Below are positions 51,642-62,163 of a DNA stretch of 64,000 bases, one piece after another. Under the pieces are notes generated by a model that did not search any database, was not told the DNA's origin, and saw only the letters and a program-made list of their open reading frames with translations. The stretch is from positions 128,001-192,000 of the forward strand of contig CAXTYC010000003.1 of the NCBI GenBank assembly GCA_964248365.1. Reading direction: 5' to 3'. The stretch is from an uncultured Chroococcidiopsis sp. (lineage in GTDB: Bacteria; Cyanobacteriota; Cyanobacteriia; Cyanobacteriales; Chroococcidiopsidaceae). The translations under genes were made by a program, and so were the position numbers. How positions within the stretch are numbered: the stretch's first letter is position 1; the number at the start of each line of letters is the position of its first letter.

Positions 51642-52076
51642 ATGAAGTATAAAAAAGAGTTAGCTTTATGCGGAGCTTTGGCAATCAGTTTTGCTGTCAC
51701 AACAGCAGCATTGGCTGAAGACAAAGTTGTAGTTACTCCCAAGACTCAACCAGATCCCCTCGTTGTGCGTGGGAAATCTGGGGGAGATAAAAGCAGTGAC
51801 TGCGGCAATATTGCCGCCACTCCCAATCAAATTATCGAAGTAACAGAACCCCTACCTTACGTGCGCTTTAGTGTACAAAGCGAAGGACAGCCAACACTGT
51901 TAATACAAGGACCTGGAGGACGACGTTTTTGCGTGTTGGCGGATACTGAGGCTGGAGAAAGCCCAGAAGTCTCTGGATATTGGGAGGCGGGTAAGTACTC
52001 GGTGTATGTAGGCGATCGCGCCTCTGGACAGCACCCCTATACCCTCTCCATCTCCCAGAAAAAAGCCTCCCAATAA
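51642..52076 (+). CDS. Secreted hypothetical protein (PPC-like beta domain)
   Basis: Signal peptide ending AALA-E; PTLLIQGP..FC, GYWEAGKYSVYVG. Confidence 0.8.
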   Translation: MKYKKELALCGALAISFAVTTAALAEDKVVVTPKTQPDPLVVRGKSGGDKSSDCGNIAATPNQIIEVTEPLPYVRFSVQSEGQPTLLIQGPGGRRFCVLADTEAGESPEVSGYWEAGKYSVYVGDRASGQHPYTLSISQKKASQ

Positions 52077-52141
52077 TTCAAAAAGCGCGGAATTATTTCT
52101 ACTTGCTACTCAAATTGTCAAGTGGGAAGATGCAATCAAAC

Positions 52142-52510
52142 TTAATCTTCTACTTGGGCTGAGACTTCAACCGCTTGTACGTCAATTGTACCAGGAGGGG
52201 TCAAGCGGTTGAACTTGCCTTGCTCAACTTTGAGCAATTCTCCACAATTAGAACACTGAATCTGAGTGCGATTTAACGCTGTCAATTCATAATTACATAC
52301 CGGACACTGAGCTTGCACCAAGTTGCGTTGTAGCCACCAACGAAACCAAACAAAAGCCAAAACAGGTGCAAGCAAAAGCAGCCCCATTAAAATTAGAAAA
52401 GAGTTAACTAGCCAGCCTAAGCCCACAGAACCCAGTAACCAAATAATTAGGAACGGGGTAAGCCAACTAGCAAGGCGAGGAAAACTGAATTGAAAGGATT
52501 TGAGGCTCAT
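52142..52510 (-). CDS. Membrane protein with Zn-ribbon
   Basis: TM region then CPVC...CSNC; PGTIDV. Confidence 0.8.
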   Translation of the reverse strand: MSLKSFQFSFPRLASWLTPFLIIWLLGSVGLGWLVNSFLILMGLLLLAPVLAFVWFRWWLQRNLVQAQCPVCNYELTALNRTQIQCSNCGELLKVEQGKFNRLTPPGTIDVQAVEVSAQVED

Positions 52511-52607
52511 TTTCTCAAAACTATGCTGCTCTGCCTCTAGGATAGCTACTTATCTTAGAAGGTTAACGAAAAATCAGTACACACCTGTCGAAATATTTAC
52601 AAAGTTA

Positions 52608-52771
52608 ATGGCTAGTGGCTGGTGACTAGTGGCTAGAAAAGGGAAAAGGGAAACAATTATCAATTACCACTTGTTCATTGTTCATTGTTCATTGTTCATT
52701 GCTCCCCCTGCTCCCCACAGCGATTGCCTGCTTTCTTCTAGCCACTGGTTCCACTGGTTCCACTGGTTCCA
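52608..52771. repeat. Short tandem repeat mosaic
   Basis: (TGGCTAG)n, (TTGTTCA)n, (CCACTGGTT)n. Confidence 0.8.
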
Positions 52772-53206
52772 CTAATGTGAGCGGGTTTTACCACGTTTAA
52801 CAATTAATAAACAGTTTCTTCCATCAGCAGCGCGTTCATATACAACTCGATCAGCTAAGCGTCGGAGGAGAAACCAACCATAACCGCCTTCTTGAAGTGT
52901 ACCTGGTAGTGGTTCTTCTATAGCATCTGGATTAAACGGCTTGCCCTGATCCCATATTCTAATTTCTAGGCGATCGCTCCACAAAGCCAAATCTATCTTT
53001 ATAGTTGTTTCTCGCGGTAAAGCTTGGTGAGCGTGACGTACAGCGTTGGTAAATCCTTCAGCTAGCGCTAAGTTAAGGCGATAAAGTTGAGCTTCTGACC
53101 AGGAAAGTTTAGATAGATGTTGTAGATAAAAATTTTCAAACCATTGTTGCACTTGGTTTAGCAACTTCAGATCGCTTTGCACTTCTAGATGGTCTTGCTC
53201 CATCAT
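52772..53206 (-). CDS. RsbW-like anti-sigma factor / HATPase
   Basis: LALAEGFTNAVRHAH, IWDQGKPF, EGGYGW. Confidence 0.88.
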   Translation of the reverse strand: MMEQDHLEVQSDLKLLNQVQQWFENFYLQHLSKLSWSEAQLYRLNLALAEGFTNAVRHAHQALPRETTIKIDLALWSDRLEIRIWDQGKPFNPDAIEEPLPGTLQEGGYGWFLLRRLADRVVYERAADGRNCLLIVKRGKTRSH

Positions 53207-53459
53207 GCCATAGCTCGATCAAGATTTGAATTTAATTGGACACTCAGGCAATAAATATTTAATATTTATTTGTTTTATGACACACCTATCAAGAAGCTAT
53301 TACTATAGCAGCCCTATCTAGTTTATGAAATACAAAGTAGGAGTTGCCATTAGTCAATAGTCAAAAGTCAGGAATCATTAACAAAATCCAAACGAAACTC
53401 GTACAGCTACCTAGCAAGATTTGACAAATCATTTAAGGTTACTATAGCTTTTACCAAAA

Positions 53460-53524
53460 TTGACGCTTGTTGATGTTTCTCTAGCAGCATCTACACACTT
53501 TCATGAGAAACCCACAAGCGTCAA
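53460..53524 (-). terminator. 3' stem-loop of the petBD transcript
   Basis: TTGACGCTTGT..GTTTCTC pairs with GAGAAAC..ACAAGCGTCAA, 20 nt past the petD stop. Confidence 0.6.
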
Positions 53525-53544
53525 CACAAAGTTTTATGACCGAT

Positions 53545-54027
53545 TTAGAACAGTCCCAAAGTAAAAGATTTATCTATTGGGAAAGTAGCACCAATACCTA
53601 GCCACAAAGTAATCAATGTACCTAGTAGAAACACTGTGGTTGCTACTGGGCGGCGGAAGGGGTTTTGAAACTTATTGACGTTTTCAATAAACGGCACCAT
53701 GATTAGTCCCAATGGCACAGAAGCCATTATTAGTACCCCTAATAGCTTGTTGGGAACTGAGCGCAAAATCTGAAACACAGGGTATAAGTACCACTCTGGC
53801 AGAATTTCTAGGGGCGTAGCAAAAGGATTTGCTGGTTCGCCAACTATAGCAGGATCTAAAACTGACAAAGCGACGATACAGGCTCCTGTTCCCAGGATTA
53901 CAACAGGGAAAATGTACAACAAGTCATTAGGCCAAGCAGGTTCCCCATAGTAGTTATGACCCATGCCTTTGGCTAGTTTTGCACGTAATGTAGGATCGCT
54001 TAGATCGGGTTTCTTTAGGGTTCCCAT
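53545..54027 (-). CDS. petD: Cytochrome b6f subunit IV
   Basis: [22 protein letters not shown]. Confidence 0.98.
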   Translation of the reverse strand: MGTLKKPDLSDPTLRAKLAKGMGHNYYGEPAWPNDLLYIFPVVILGTGACIVALSVLDPAIVGEPANPFATPLEILPEWYLYPVFQILRSVPNKLLGVLIMASVPLGLIMVPFIENVNKFQNPFRRPVATTVFLLGTLITLWLGIGATFPIDKSFTLGLF

Positions 54028-54136
54028 AGTTAAAGGTGTTCTCCTTAATTATTTTTTCAAGAGTCATTAGTCAGGAGTCATTTGCCTTTGAGTTTTCTAC
54101 AAAGAACAAATGACTTTTGACTGATGACAGTTTAGA

Positions 54137-54784
54137 TTACAATGGACCAGAAATGCCTTGCTTGCGAATCATCAAGAAGTGGAACAGCATGAAGACAGCA
54201 ATCAGCCAGGGCAAAACAAAGGTGTGGGCGCTGTAGTATCGAGTCAGAGTTGCCTGACCTACACTCGAACCGCCGCGCAGTAGGTCAGCGATTAGCGTAC
54301 CAACAACTGGAATTGCCTCTGGCACACCGCTGACGATTTTTACCGCCCAGTAGCCAATCTGATCCCAAGGCAAGGAGTAGCCAGTTACACCAAAAGAAAC
54401 GGTAATCACGGCTAGAGTTACACCTGTTACCCAAGTTAGCTCACGGGGCTTTTTAAAGCCGCCAGTTAGGTAAACGCGGAAGGTGTGCAGGATCATCATC
54501 AGCACCATCATGCTGGCAGACCAGCGGTGAACGGAGCGGATGAGCCAACCAAAGTTAACTTCTGTCATCAGATACTGTACAGAAGAGTATGCTTCGGCTA
54601 CGGTTGGCTTGTAGTAGAAAGTCATCGCAAATCCAGTAGCAAACTGGATCAAAAAGCAAACCAGGGTAATGCCGCCAAAGCAGTAAAAAATGTTGACGTG
54701 CGGAGGTACGTACTTACTGGTTACATCTTCAGCGAGAGCCTGAATCTCCAGACGCTCCTCAAACCAGTCGTAAACGTTTGCCAT
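54137..54784 (-). CDS. petB: Cytochrome b6
   Basis: [30 protein letters not shown]. Confidence 0.98.
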   Translation of the reverse strand: MANVYDWFEERLEIQALAEDVTSKYVPPHVNIFYCFGGITLVCFLIQFATGFAMTFYYKPTVAEAYSSVQYLMTEVNFGWLIRSVHRWSASMMVLMMILHTFRVYLTGGFKKPRELTWVTGVTLAVITVSFGVTGYSLPWDQIGYWAVKIVSGVPEAIPVVGTLIADLLRGGSSVGQATLTRYYSAHTFVLPWLIAVFMLFHFLMIRKQGISGPL

Positions 54785-55052
54785 AAAATCCAGAAGTTCC
54801 TAAAAATGGATTACGTTTGTTCAAACTCCCTATTCGCCGAACAGGGAGGGGTGCTTTTGTAAGGTTTGTTAATGGCTGGAAATCCAGTCAATTGATCTTG
54901 AGGTACAGTTTTGGTCAATCAAGCCAGTCAGCTAGACTTGACCTTTGTGCATCACTATCTATAAAAAAAGTAACATAGTCGAGAGGGTGATTTCATAAAT
55001 CGTTAAACGGTAAGTGAAATTAGGGCGGAGGGTGAAAGGAAGGAATTATTCG

Positions 55053-56303
55053 ATGCGGGGAAAATTTTCTTTGCGAGTTTTTCGGGTCGGACTTTTAATC
55101 GTACTGCCAATCTTGCTTGTCTTAAGCTGTTGGGCGAAACCAGCAGCGGCTTTGACAGATGAGCAAAAAATAGTGACGGAAGCTTGGCGAATTGTAAATC
55201 GTACCTACCTGGATAATACGTTTAATCATCAAAACTGGGCATCAGTGCGGCAGAAGATACTCCAGCAGCCGCTCAATGACTCTGAGGCGGCATACAAAGC
55301 GATCGAGCAAATGCTGGCTAGTTTGAATGAGCCATTCACGAGATTTTTGCGACCAGAGCAGTACCGGAGTTTACAGGTAAATACTTCTGGTGAATTGACA
55401 GGGGTGGGATTGCAAATTGCCCTAGATGCTAAAACAGGGATGCTAGAGGTAGTAGCGCCGATCGCCGGATCGCCAGCAGACAAAGCGGGAATTCAACCGC
55501 ATGATCGCATTTTACAAATTGACGGCATCCAGACCGCTCAAATTTCCCTAGACGAAGCCGCGACTCGGATGCGTGGAAAGGTTGGAAGTCGAGTTTCCCT
55601 GGTTCTAGAACGCAATGGCGAAACACAAAAAGAAATTCAACTGGTGCGCGATCGCGTCGCTGTCAACCCCGTAGTGGCTAACTTGTATACTCCCCCCAAA
55701 GGAGTACCAATTGGCTATATTCGCTTGACACAATTTAACGCCAACGCTGGGGTAGAAGTTGCTCATGCGATCGCTCGTTTAGAAAAGCAAGGAGCGGATG
55801 CATATATTCTTGATTTACGCAACAATCCAGGGGGTTTATTGCAAGCAGGAATTGAAATTGCTCGTCTGTGGTTAGAAGAAGGACCCATTGTTTACACCGT
55901 TAATCGTCAAGGCATCCAAGGCAGTTTTGAAGCCTTTGGATCAGCCCTTACTCAAGATCCACTAGTAGTTTTAGTAAATCAAGGTACAGCCAGTGCTAGT
56001 GAGATTTTGGCAGGGGCGCTGCAAGATAACGGTAGAGCCAAGATATTGGGAGAAACAACCTTTGGTAAAGGCTTAATTCAGTCCTTATTTGAACTATCAG
56101 ATGGTTCAGGAATGGCTGTCACCGTTGCTAAATACGAAACCCCCAAGCATCGAGATATTCACAAGCTAGGTATTAAACCAGATCTGATGGTTTCCTTAAA
56201 CCAACTCAGCCGCGAACAAATCGGTACTAGGGCAGATCAACAATATGAAGCAGCAGTAGAATTTTTGACAGGCAATTCGGTAATTGCTGCTGGCGCTGGG
56301 TGA
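55053..56303 (+). CDS. ctpA: C-terminal processing protease (S41)
   Basis: PDZ GVGL, DLRNNPGG, TASASEI, TFGKG; divergent from petB; ATG 55053. Confidence 0.9.
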   Translation: MRGKFSLRVFRVGLLIVLPILLVLSCWAKPAAALTDEQKIVTEAWRIVNRTYLDNTFNHQNWASVRQKILQQPLNDSEAAYKAIEQMLASLNEPFTRFLRPEQYRSLQVNTSGELTGVGLQIALDAKTGMLEVVAPIAGSPADKAGIQPHDRILQIDGIQTAQISLDEAATRMRGKVGSRVSLVLERNGETQKEIQLVRDRVAVNPVVANLYTPPKGVPIGYIRLTQFNANAGVEVAHAIARLEKQGADAYILDLRNNPGGLLQAGIEIARLWLEEGPIVYTVNRQGIQGSFEAFGSALTQDPLVVLVNQGTASASEILAGALQDNGRAKILGETTFGKGLIQSLFELSDGSGMAVTVAKYETPKHRDIHKLGIKPDLMVSLNQLSREQIGTRADQQYEAAVEFLTGNSVIAAGAG

Positions 56304-56337
56304 AACAGAGGGGCGCTATAGCTAGAGGCTGGGGGCT

Positions 56338-56553
56338 AGCAAGTAGGGTGGGCAATGCCCACCTACATTCCTTTAATGGCTGCTAGAAGATTGGGTTCTC
56401 TGGAACTGGGGCTAATCGTTGGGCAATAAAATTAAATTCTCCCAAAATCTGATTGAGCAAGTAAGGTGGGCAATGCCCACCCTACTTTAGTGGCTGCTAG
56501 CGGATTGGTTCTCTGGAACTGGGGTTAATCGCTTGGCAGTAAAATTAAATTCT
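56338..56553. repeat. Diverged tandem duplication of a REP plus the 3' end of the neighbouring gene
   Basis: 56338-56440 aligns with 56456-56553. Confidence 0.85.
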
Positions 56554-56990
56554 GTGGGAATTGTATTTAGGGTGAGCTTACCTGCTAAGTTTTCTTTCTG
56601 TACCAAGCTTTGAATGCTGACTTGTTGAGGTTGGTTATTACAAAGGGTTGAGCGGGGAACTGTACCTGCTAAAGTTAGTTGTTGATTACTTATTTTCCCT
56701 GTCAATGATGGTCTTTTTTCCCCAGATCTTGCTTGCTGGGCATTGCTGGAAGCTGGTAATAAAGAACCATTCAAATAAATACCTGATTGCTGAATATCCA
56801 ATAATAAGTTTGATGATTTTGGACAGTTGGGTAAATTTTGGGCGAGAGTAAGGCGGTACAAACCATCAATAGGTGCAGGAGCTTTTAAATTTGTTTCCCC
56901 GTAAGCAGTTACGACTTTAAACAAAATTAAAACTGAAGCGATCGCTACGGCGTAAAAGATTAAGGACTGGAATTTGAAATGATTTTTCAT
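56487..56990 (-). CDS. Membrane-anchored hypothetical protein coupled to the antiporter
   Basis: N-terminal TM, QQSGIYLNG; ATGA overlap with the antiporter stop. Confidence 0.8.
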   Translation of the reverse strand: MKNHFKFQSLIFYAVAIASVLILFKVVTAYGETNLKAPAPIDGLYRLTLAQNLPNCPKSSNLLLDIQQSGIYLNGSLLPASSNAQQARSGEKRPSLTGKISNQQLTLAGTVPRSTLCNNQPQQVSIQSLVQKENLAGKLTLNTIPTEFNFTAKRLTPVPENQSASSH

Positions 56991-59182
56991 GCTTCAACTG
57001 AGGGCTGATTTGAGTCAATATTTGCTTCGCTATTTGTCTGAAGCATCATAGAAGTGAGGTGAGCAGTAACTTGACTGTAGCGGCGGGTAATTAATAAAGA
57101 AGAGTGGCATTGATTGGCTAGCTGGTCTGCACCGCGCCCCAAAGTTTGGCGCTCAATTCCCCAAGCACGACTAGTACCAGCAATCGTCAAATCAACATTT
57201 GCTGATGCTTCTACTACAGCCGCAATTGGCTCTGGTGCTTCTATAGTTTTAATGTTGATGCGATCGCGCACACGGTCGGGCAATTGCTCTAGCATAGTTC
57301 TAAACTCATTGCTCAATTCAATCTGAGCCTGACCAGAAGATGCTACCCGTAAAATTAACAAACCAGTTGTATCATTATTAACCAGCAGTCGCAAAGCAAT
57401 TACTAGTGCTAAATCATCGTGAATATTGCCAGAATAAGGCACTAATATACTTTCTAAGCGCTCTTGTCCTCGGTCTATAAATACCGCCACATCGACGGGT
57501 ACAGTACTAAGAATTTGACCAACTCGCCCACCTAAGCGATTTTTATTAAAAGCTGGGCGATGCCATCCTAGTAGTATTAAATTAGCCTGGTCGAGAACAG
57601 CAATTTGTGCTGTTGCCCTTGCTACATCATTGCTAACACGCACAATTGGATGTACACAAGAGCGTACATTAGCGGGTTCTAGAGTTTGAATTAATTGTTC
57701 TAGCTGTTGGCGACGATTTTGAATTAAGCGATCTGCCTCAACAGGCGTACTATTAAAGGCATAGTCTTCTTGTAGTTCAATCAGACTCAACGGGTGAACA
57801 ACGGCTCTTTGCAGGCGATTACCAGCGATCGCAACGGCTAGCTGCATCAATCCTTTTTGGGTACTTGGATTGGCTACAGGCACTAAAATTCGATAGGTAG
57901 CGGCAGTTTCTTCTGATACTTGATCCTCTGGTTCCGGTTCTACTAGATCTAACTTGATCAGCCGTTTTGGATAAGTCCACTCTAGCAATGGGGAAGTCAT
58001 GAATGTTGTCACCAGTGCCATAATCACCAGCATGGTAAACAGCAAGGGTGAAATCACACCCAGACTTAACCCGATGTTGAGTACAATTAGCTCAGTCAAG
58101 CCTCTTGTATTCATTAGCCATCCAAGGGCTGAAGCTTCCCGATTTTCGATGCCACTAACACGAGCTGCTACATAAGTACCGATATACTTACCAGCGATCG
58201 CTACTGCCAAGATAATTGCACACAGTAGCCATAATTGAGGTCGGTTGAGTAAACCGATTTGTGTCCGCAAGCCACTGTAGGCAAAAAAGACTGGTAGCAG
58301 AAAAATCAAAACAAAATCTTCGGTTTTCTGGGCTATCTCTCGCACCAAATCTTCATTTTTGGGCATGACTGCGCCTAGCAAGAAAGCCCCAAAGATTAGA
58401 TGAATGCCAATTATTTCAGTAATGAGGGCGGAAGCAACCACACCCATGTAAATCCCAGCCAGGAGTAACTGATTAAGTCGTCCGCTACGGAGGTAGTAAG
58501 TGGCAACTCTTTTGAGAAACCAACGCCCTACCGTCACCATGAAGCCGATGTAGAGCAAAGCTTCGATAATGGTAGGGAAAGCACCGACAAAGCTACCAGT
58601 ACGGGCAACAGCGATCGCAAGCGCTAATATACACCAAGCAGTCACATCATCCACTGCCGCGCACGTCAGCGCCAAAGTACCTAAGCGCGTCCTTTGCAGA
58701 TTGTTCTCAGTAATGATCCGCGCCAGAACTGGAAACGCTGTAATTGACATCGCTGCCCCTAAGAACAAAGCAAAGGCGGTAAACGAGACACTGGAATTAG
58801 AAACTAAAGGATAAAGCAGTAGGGCTGAAAGAGTTGCCAAGGCAAAAGGGACAATGATACTGACATTAGAAGTTAAAATTGCTACCTCTAGCTGCCCACT
58901 CAGATATTTTGGATTTAGCTCTAGCCCAATCAAGAACATGAAAAAGATCAACCCTACCTGAGACAGCACATTCAGAAAGGGAATTGTTTGTGCTGGAAAC
59001 AGGGCTGCTGCTAAATCGGGGGCAATTAAGCCAAATAGCGATGGTCCTAGCATAACCCCCGCCACAATCTCGCCAATCACCAACGGTTGCTTAATCCATC
59101 GACATCCCAACCCTACAAGCCGCGAGAGTCCAATCACAATCAGCACTTCAATCAGAACGAGAACGACTGTATCAAGGTGCAT
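56987..59182 (-). CDS. Cation/H+ antiporter (CPA2) with C-terminal USP-like domains
   Basis: QPLVIGEIVAG, SITAFPVLARI, AAVDDVTAW, MNTRGLTELIVL; ILVPVANP. Confidence 0.93.
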   Translation of the reverse strand: MHLDTVVLVLIEVLIVIGLSRLVGLGCRWIKQPLVIGEIVAGVMLGPSLFGLIAPDLAAALFPAQTIPFLNVLSQVGLIFFMFLIGLELNPKYLSGQLEVAILTSNVSIIVPFALATLSALLLYPLVSNSSVSFTAFALFLGAAMSITAFPVLARIITENNLQRTRLGTLALTCAAVDDVTAWCILALAIAVARTGSFVGAFPTIIEALLYIGFMVTVGRWFLKRVATYYLRSGRLNQLLLAGIYMGVVASALITEIIGIHLIFGAFLLGAVMPKNEDLVREIAQKTEDFVLIFLLPVFFAYSGLRTQIGLLNRPQLWLLCAIILAVAIAGKYIGTYVAARVSGIENREASALGWLMNTRGLTELIVLNIGLSLGVISPLLFTMLVIMALVTTFMTSPLLEWTYPKRLIKLDLVEPEPEDQVSEETAATYRILVPVANPSTQKGLMQLAVAIAGNRLQRAVVHPLSLIELQEDYAFNSTPVEADRLIQNRRQQLEQLIQTLEPANVRSCVHPIVRVSNDVARATAQIAVLDQANLILLGWHRPAFNKNRLGGRVGQILSTVPVDVAVFIDRGQERLESILVPYSGNIHDDLALVIALRLLVNNDTTGLLILRVASSGQAQIELSNEFRTMLEQLPDRVRDRINIKTIEAPEPIAAVVEASANVDLTIAGTSRAWGIERQTLGRGADQLANQCHSSLLITRRYSQVTAHLTSMMLQTNSEANIDSNQPSVEA

Positions 59183-59229
59183 AATTTCTCCTCAAGTGCC
59201 TGCTGTCACTACAATAATCTGAAAATGAA

Positions 59230-59404
59230 GAGGCTAGGGGCGCTCTTGCTAGGGGCTAGGGGCTAGAAAAAAGGGTAAAGAGGTATTGCGGTCAAGAGTA
59301 AAGGTTGAAGGTTGAAGGATAAAGGTTGAAATTTCACACTTCATACTTCGCACTTCATACTTGTTCTCCCCCTGCTCAAAGTGCTCAAAGTGCTAAAGTG
59401 CTCC
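59230..59404 (+). repeat. Composite dispersed repeat
   Basis: GGGGCTA units, GGGTAAAGAGGTATTGCGGT, GGTTGAA units, TGAAATTTCA, CACACTT units, TTCTCCCCCTGC. Confidence 0.82.
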
Positions 59405-61345
59405 CTACAGTTGGGGTATACTCCAAAGGTTGATTGTGCCATTACCAGTGGCGCTAACAAGGGTTTGTCCATTAGGAGTGAAGGCAACAGAATTAATATA
59501 TTCTGAATCTTCAGTGAAGTATCCTATCAGGGTGCGTAGTAGTTGACCTGTTTCTAAATTCCACAGCTTGATTGTTTGATTGCTACTGTTGCTAGCAAGA
59601 GTTTTCCCATCACGGCTGATGGCGACAGAAGTCACTACGCTTGAATGCCCTATCAAGGTACGAATCATACCTGTATTTAGATTCCACAGCTTGATTGTCC
59701 CATCACTACTGCCACTGGCAAGGTGTCCATTGGGGCTAATAGCGATTGAAAATACGTTTTCAGCTCCAGTTAGGGTACGAATCAGTTTACCCGTCTTGAG
59801 ATTCCACAGCTTGATTGTCTCATCACTACCGCCACTGGCAAGGGTTTGTCCATCGGGGCTAATAGCGACCGAATTAACATCGCCAGAATGTCCAGTCAGG
59901 TTATCAAGCAGTTTGCCTGTTTTGAGATTCCACAGCTTGATTGTCTCATTGCTACTGCCACTAGCGATCGCTTGCCCATTTGGGCTGATGGCGACCGAAT
60001 TAACATGGTATAAATTTCCAGTTAGGGTACGAATCAGGTTGCCTGTATTGAGATTCCACAGCTTGATTGTCCCATCACCACCGCCACTGGCAAGGCTTTG
60101 CCCATCTGGGCTGATTGCGATACTGTGAACATGACCGGAATGCCCAGTCAAAAGACGCAGCAGTTTGCCTGTATTCAGATTCCGCAGCTTGATTACCCCA
60201 TCACCAGTACCAATGGCAAACTTTTGCCCATCTGGAGTTATGGCGACCGAATTAAAGTTGGCAAAGTTGTTTCCTGTAAGGCTCACAGGGACGGGATGAA
60301 CATCAGTAGAATTTCCAGTAAAGGCTCTTTGTAGAAAAATACTACTAGGCAAGCTCCTAATGACAGCTTGTGGCTGTGCCGGAAAAACTCCATAGCGAAT
60401 AAATCCATAGACTTGAGTTAACAGTAAACAAGATAAAAGTATTGCACTTGCAAGTAATATATTTTTAAGTTTTATAAATTGTTGCTTTGGTCTTTTTGGT
60501 GGTAGCAGCCGCACACGGGTATTATTAAAATCCTCAGAACCGTGTAAGTTCTGTAAGTCATGCAGTACTTCGTCTGCCGATTGGTAGCGATCGCCTACGT
60601 AAGAACGCACCATCTTGTCTAAAATGATTGCAAGATCGGGGTTAACCTGTGCATACTCATGCCATATAACTTCGCCGCGCGAGTTTTCCTGTAATTCGCT
60701 TGGGGTTATTCCAGTTAAAGCTTGAATCGCTGTCATACCCAAAGCATAAATATCACTGCTAAAGCATGGCTTGCCTCTAGCTTGTTCACTGGGCATATAG
60801 CCTGGTGTCCCAATCACCCGTGTCAAGGTTTTACCTAACACCTGGAGATGGACTTGCTTAACTGCACCAAAGTCAATTAAAACAATCTTTCCGTCTTTGT
60901 ACCGTCGCATCAAATTACTCGGTTTGATGTCTCGATGAATTACCTGGCGCTGGTGTATAAAACTCAAAATCCCCAGCACATCCAAAAGAATATTTACTAC
61001 CTCACTTTCTGGCAGTCGCTGACGGTCTGAAAGTACTGCACTTAGAGGATAGCCTTCAACGACTTCTTGTACTAAATAAAATTCTCCATTTGCTTTAAAA
61101 TAGTCCAGCAAGTCGGGGATCTGGTCGTTTTCTCGACCCAACTTTTCTAGAGTTTTTGCCTCGAATTCAAATAACCTTTCGACCTCTCGTAATGTAATTG
61201 AGTCTTGGCTGGCAGCCTGCAAGCGCTTAACTACACACTGCCTTTCCATTCGGCGGGTGTCTTGAGCAAGGTAAGTTTCGCCATAGTAGCCACGACCTAA
61301 TTGACTAATAATTCTGTAGCGTCCGTCCAGTAGTGTACCTAGCAT
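59405..61345 (-). CDS. Ser/Thr kinase - TM - WD40 propeller
   Basis: CVVKRL, HRDIKPSN, DFG, GTPGYMPSEQ; TM; seven WD40 repeats; ATG 61345 preferred. Confidence 0.93.
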   Translation of the reverse strand: MLGTLLDGRYRIISQLGRGYYGETYLAQDTRRMERQCVVKRLQAASQDSITLREVERLFEFEAKTLEKLGRENDQIPDLLDYFKANGEFYLVQEVVEGYPLSAVLSDRQRLPESEVVNILLDVLGILSFIHQRQVIHRDIKPSNLMRRYKDGKIVLIDFGAVKQVHLQVLGKTLTRVIGTPGYMPSEQARGKPCFSSDIYALGMTAIQALTGITPSELQENSRGEVIWHEYAQVNPDLAIILDKMVRSYVGDRYQSADEVLHDLQNLHGSEDFNNTRVRLLPPKRPKQQFIKLKNILLASAILLSCLLLTQVYGFIRYGVFPAQPQAVIRSLPSSIFLQRAFTGNSTDVHPVPVSLTGNNFANFNSVAITPDGQKFAIGTGDGVIKLRNLNTGKLLRLLTGHSGHVHSIAISPDGQSLASGGGDGTIKLWNLNTGNLIRTLTGNLYHVNSVAISPNGQAIASGSSNETIKLWNLKTGKLLDNLTGHSGDVNSVAISPDGQTLASGGSDETIKLWNLKTGKLIRTLTGAENVFSIAISPNGHLASGSSDGTIKLWNLNTGMIRTLIGHSSVVTSVAISRDGKTLASNSSNQTIKLWNLETGQLLRTLIGYFTEDSEYINSVAFTPNGQTLVSATGNGTINLWSIPQL

Positions 61346-61426
61346 TATATTTAATTTATGCAATAGCGATCGCTCATCCATCATTATCTAATGGCGGTGT
61401 TTAATTGAATTTCTTGGAGTTGTTGC

Positions 61427-62113
61427 TCATTCTATTTCCTTGTAACCTGGCTTTTGCGACGCTAACTTATCAGCAATGCGCGTAGTTTCTGGCAACCGAT
61501 ATTTAGGTGTGCAACGCAATACGTAATCAATAGCAGTAGTTAGACTTATCCGATGTCCACTGGAAACATACACAGGTTTTGTCCCAGTGCGTGTGCGTAG
61601 CACTGCGCCAATTGTTTCACCCCTATTTAGCAGCGGTTGCCAACTGCCTTTTTCCTCTGGCACTTCCTGATGTTTACCAATCAGTAGAGACTTTGCTACA
61701 CCTATTGTTGGCATATCCAAAATTAGTCCTAAATGACTTGCAATACCAAATCGTCGGGGATGGGCAATACCTTGACCATCACATAAAATTAAGTCTGGTA
61801 TAATGTTGATTTTTTCTAGGGCATCTAGAACTGCTGGAATTTCTCGAAAAGATAGGAATCCAGGTACATAGGGAAAAGATGTAGGACGACGGGCGATCGC
61901 ATACTCAAGTAATTTCAAATCTGGAAAACTCAGAACGGCGAGGGCTGCACGGCTAATTGTACCTTCGGCTTCAAATCCCATATCCACCCCAGCTACATAC
62001 TGCACTGGTTCTGGGAAAGAGTCTGAGGTGATGATTTCTCCTCGCAGCTTTTCTTGAATGGCGATCGCTTCTTCAATTGTTAAAGCCCAGCCATGTCGTT
62101 GAGTAATTTTCAT
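61427..62113 (-). CDS. nfi: Endonuclease V
   Basis: AGVD, FPYVPGFLSFRE, DGQGIAHPRRFG, IGVAK, PETTRIAD. Confidence 0.96.
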   Translation of the reverse strand: MKITQRHGWALTIEEAIAIQEKLRGEIITSDSFPEPVQYVAGVDMGFEAEGTISRAALAVLSFPDLKLLEYAIARRPTSFPYVPGFLSFREIPAVLDALEKINIIPDLILCDGQGIAHPRRFGIASHLGLILDMPTIGVAKSLLIGKHQEVPEEKGSWQPLLNRGETIGAVLRTRTGTKPVYVSSGHRISLTTAIDYVLRCTPKYRLPETTRIADKLASQKPGYKEIE

Positions 62114-62163
62114 TGTTTATTAAAATCTATAGCAATCCGCGCATCATTTGTGAACAGCTATTA

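Noticed and set aside
56338..56553. Duplicated gene end as a DGR template/variable repeat pair
   Set aside because: Differences are not confined to sense-strand adenines, there is an indel, and no reverse transcriptase is in the window
59580..60128. 182-aa repetitive plus-strand ORF
   Set aside because: Antisense shadow of the WD40 repeats
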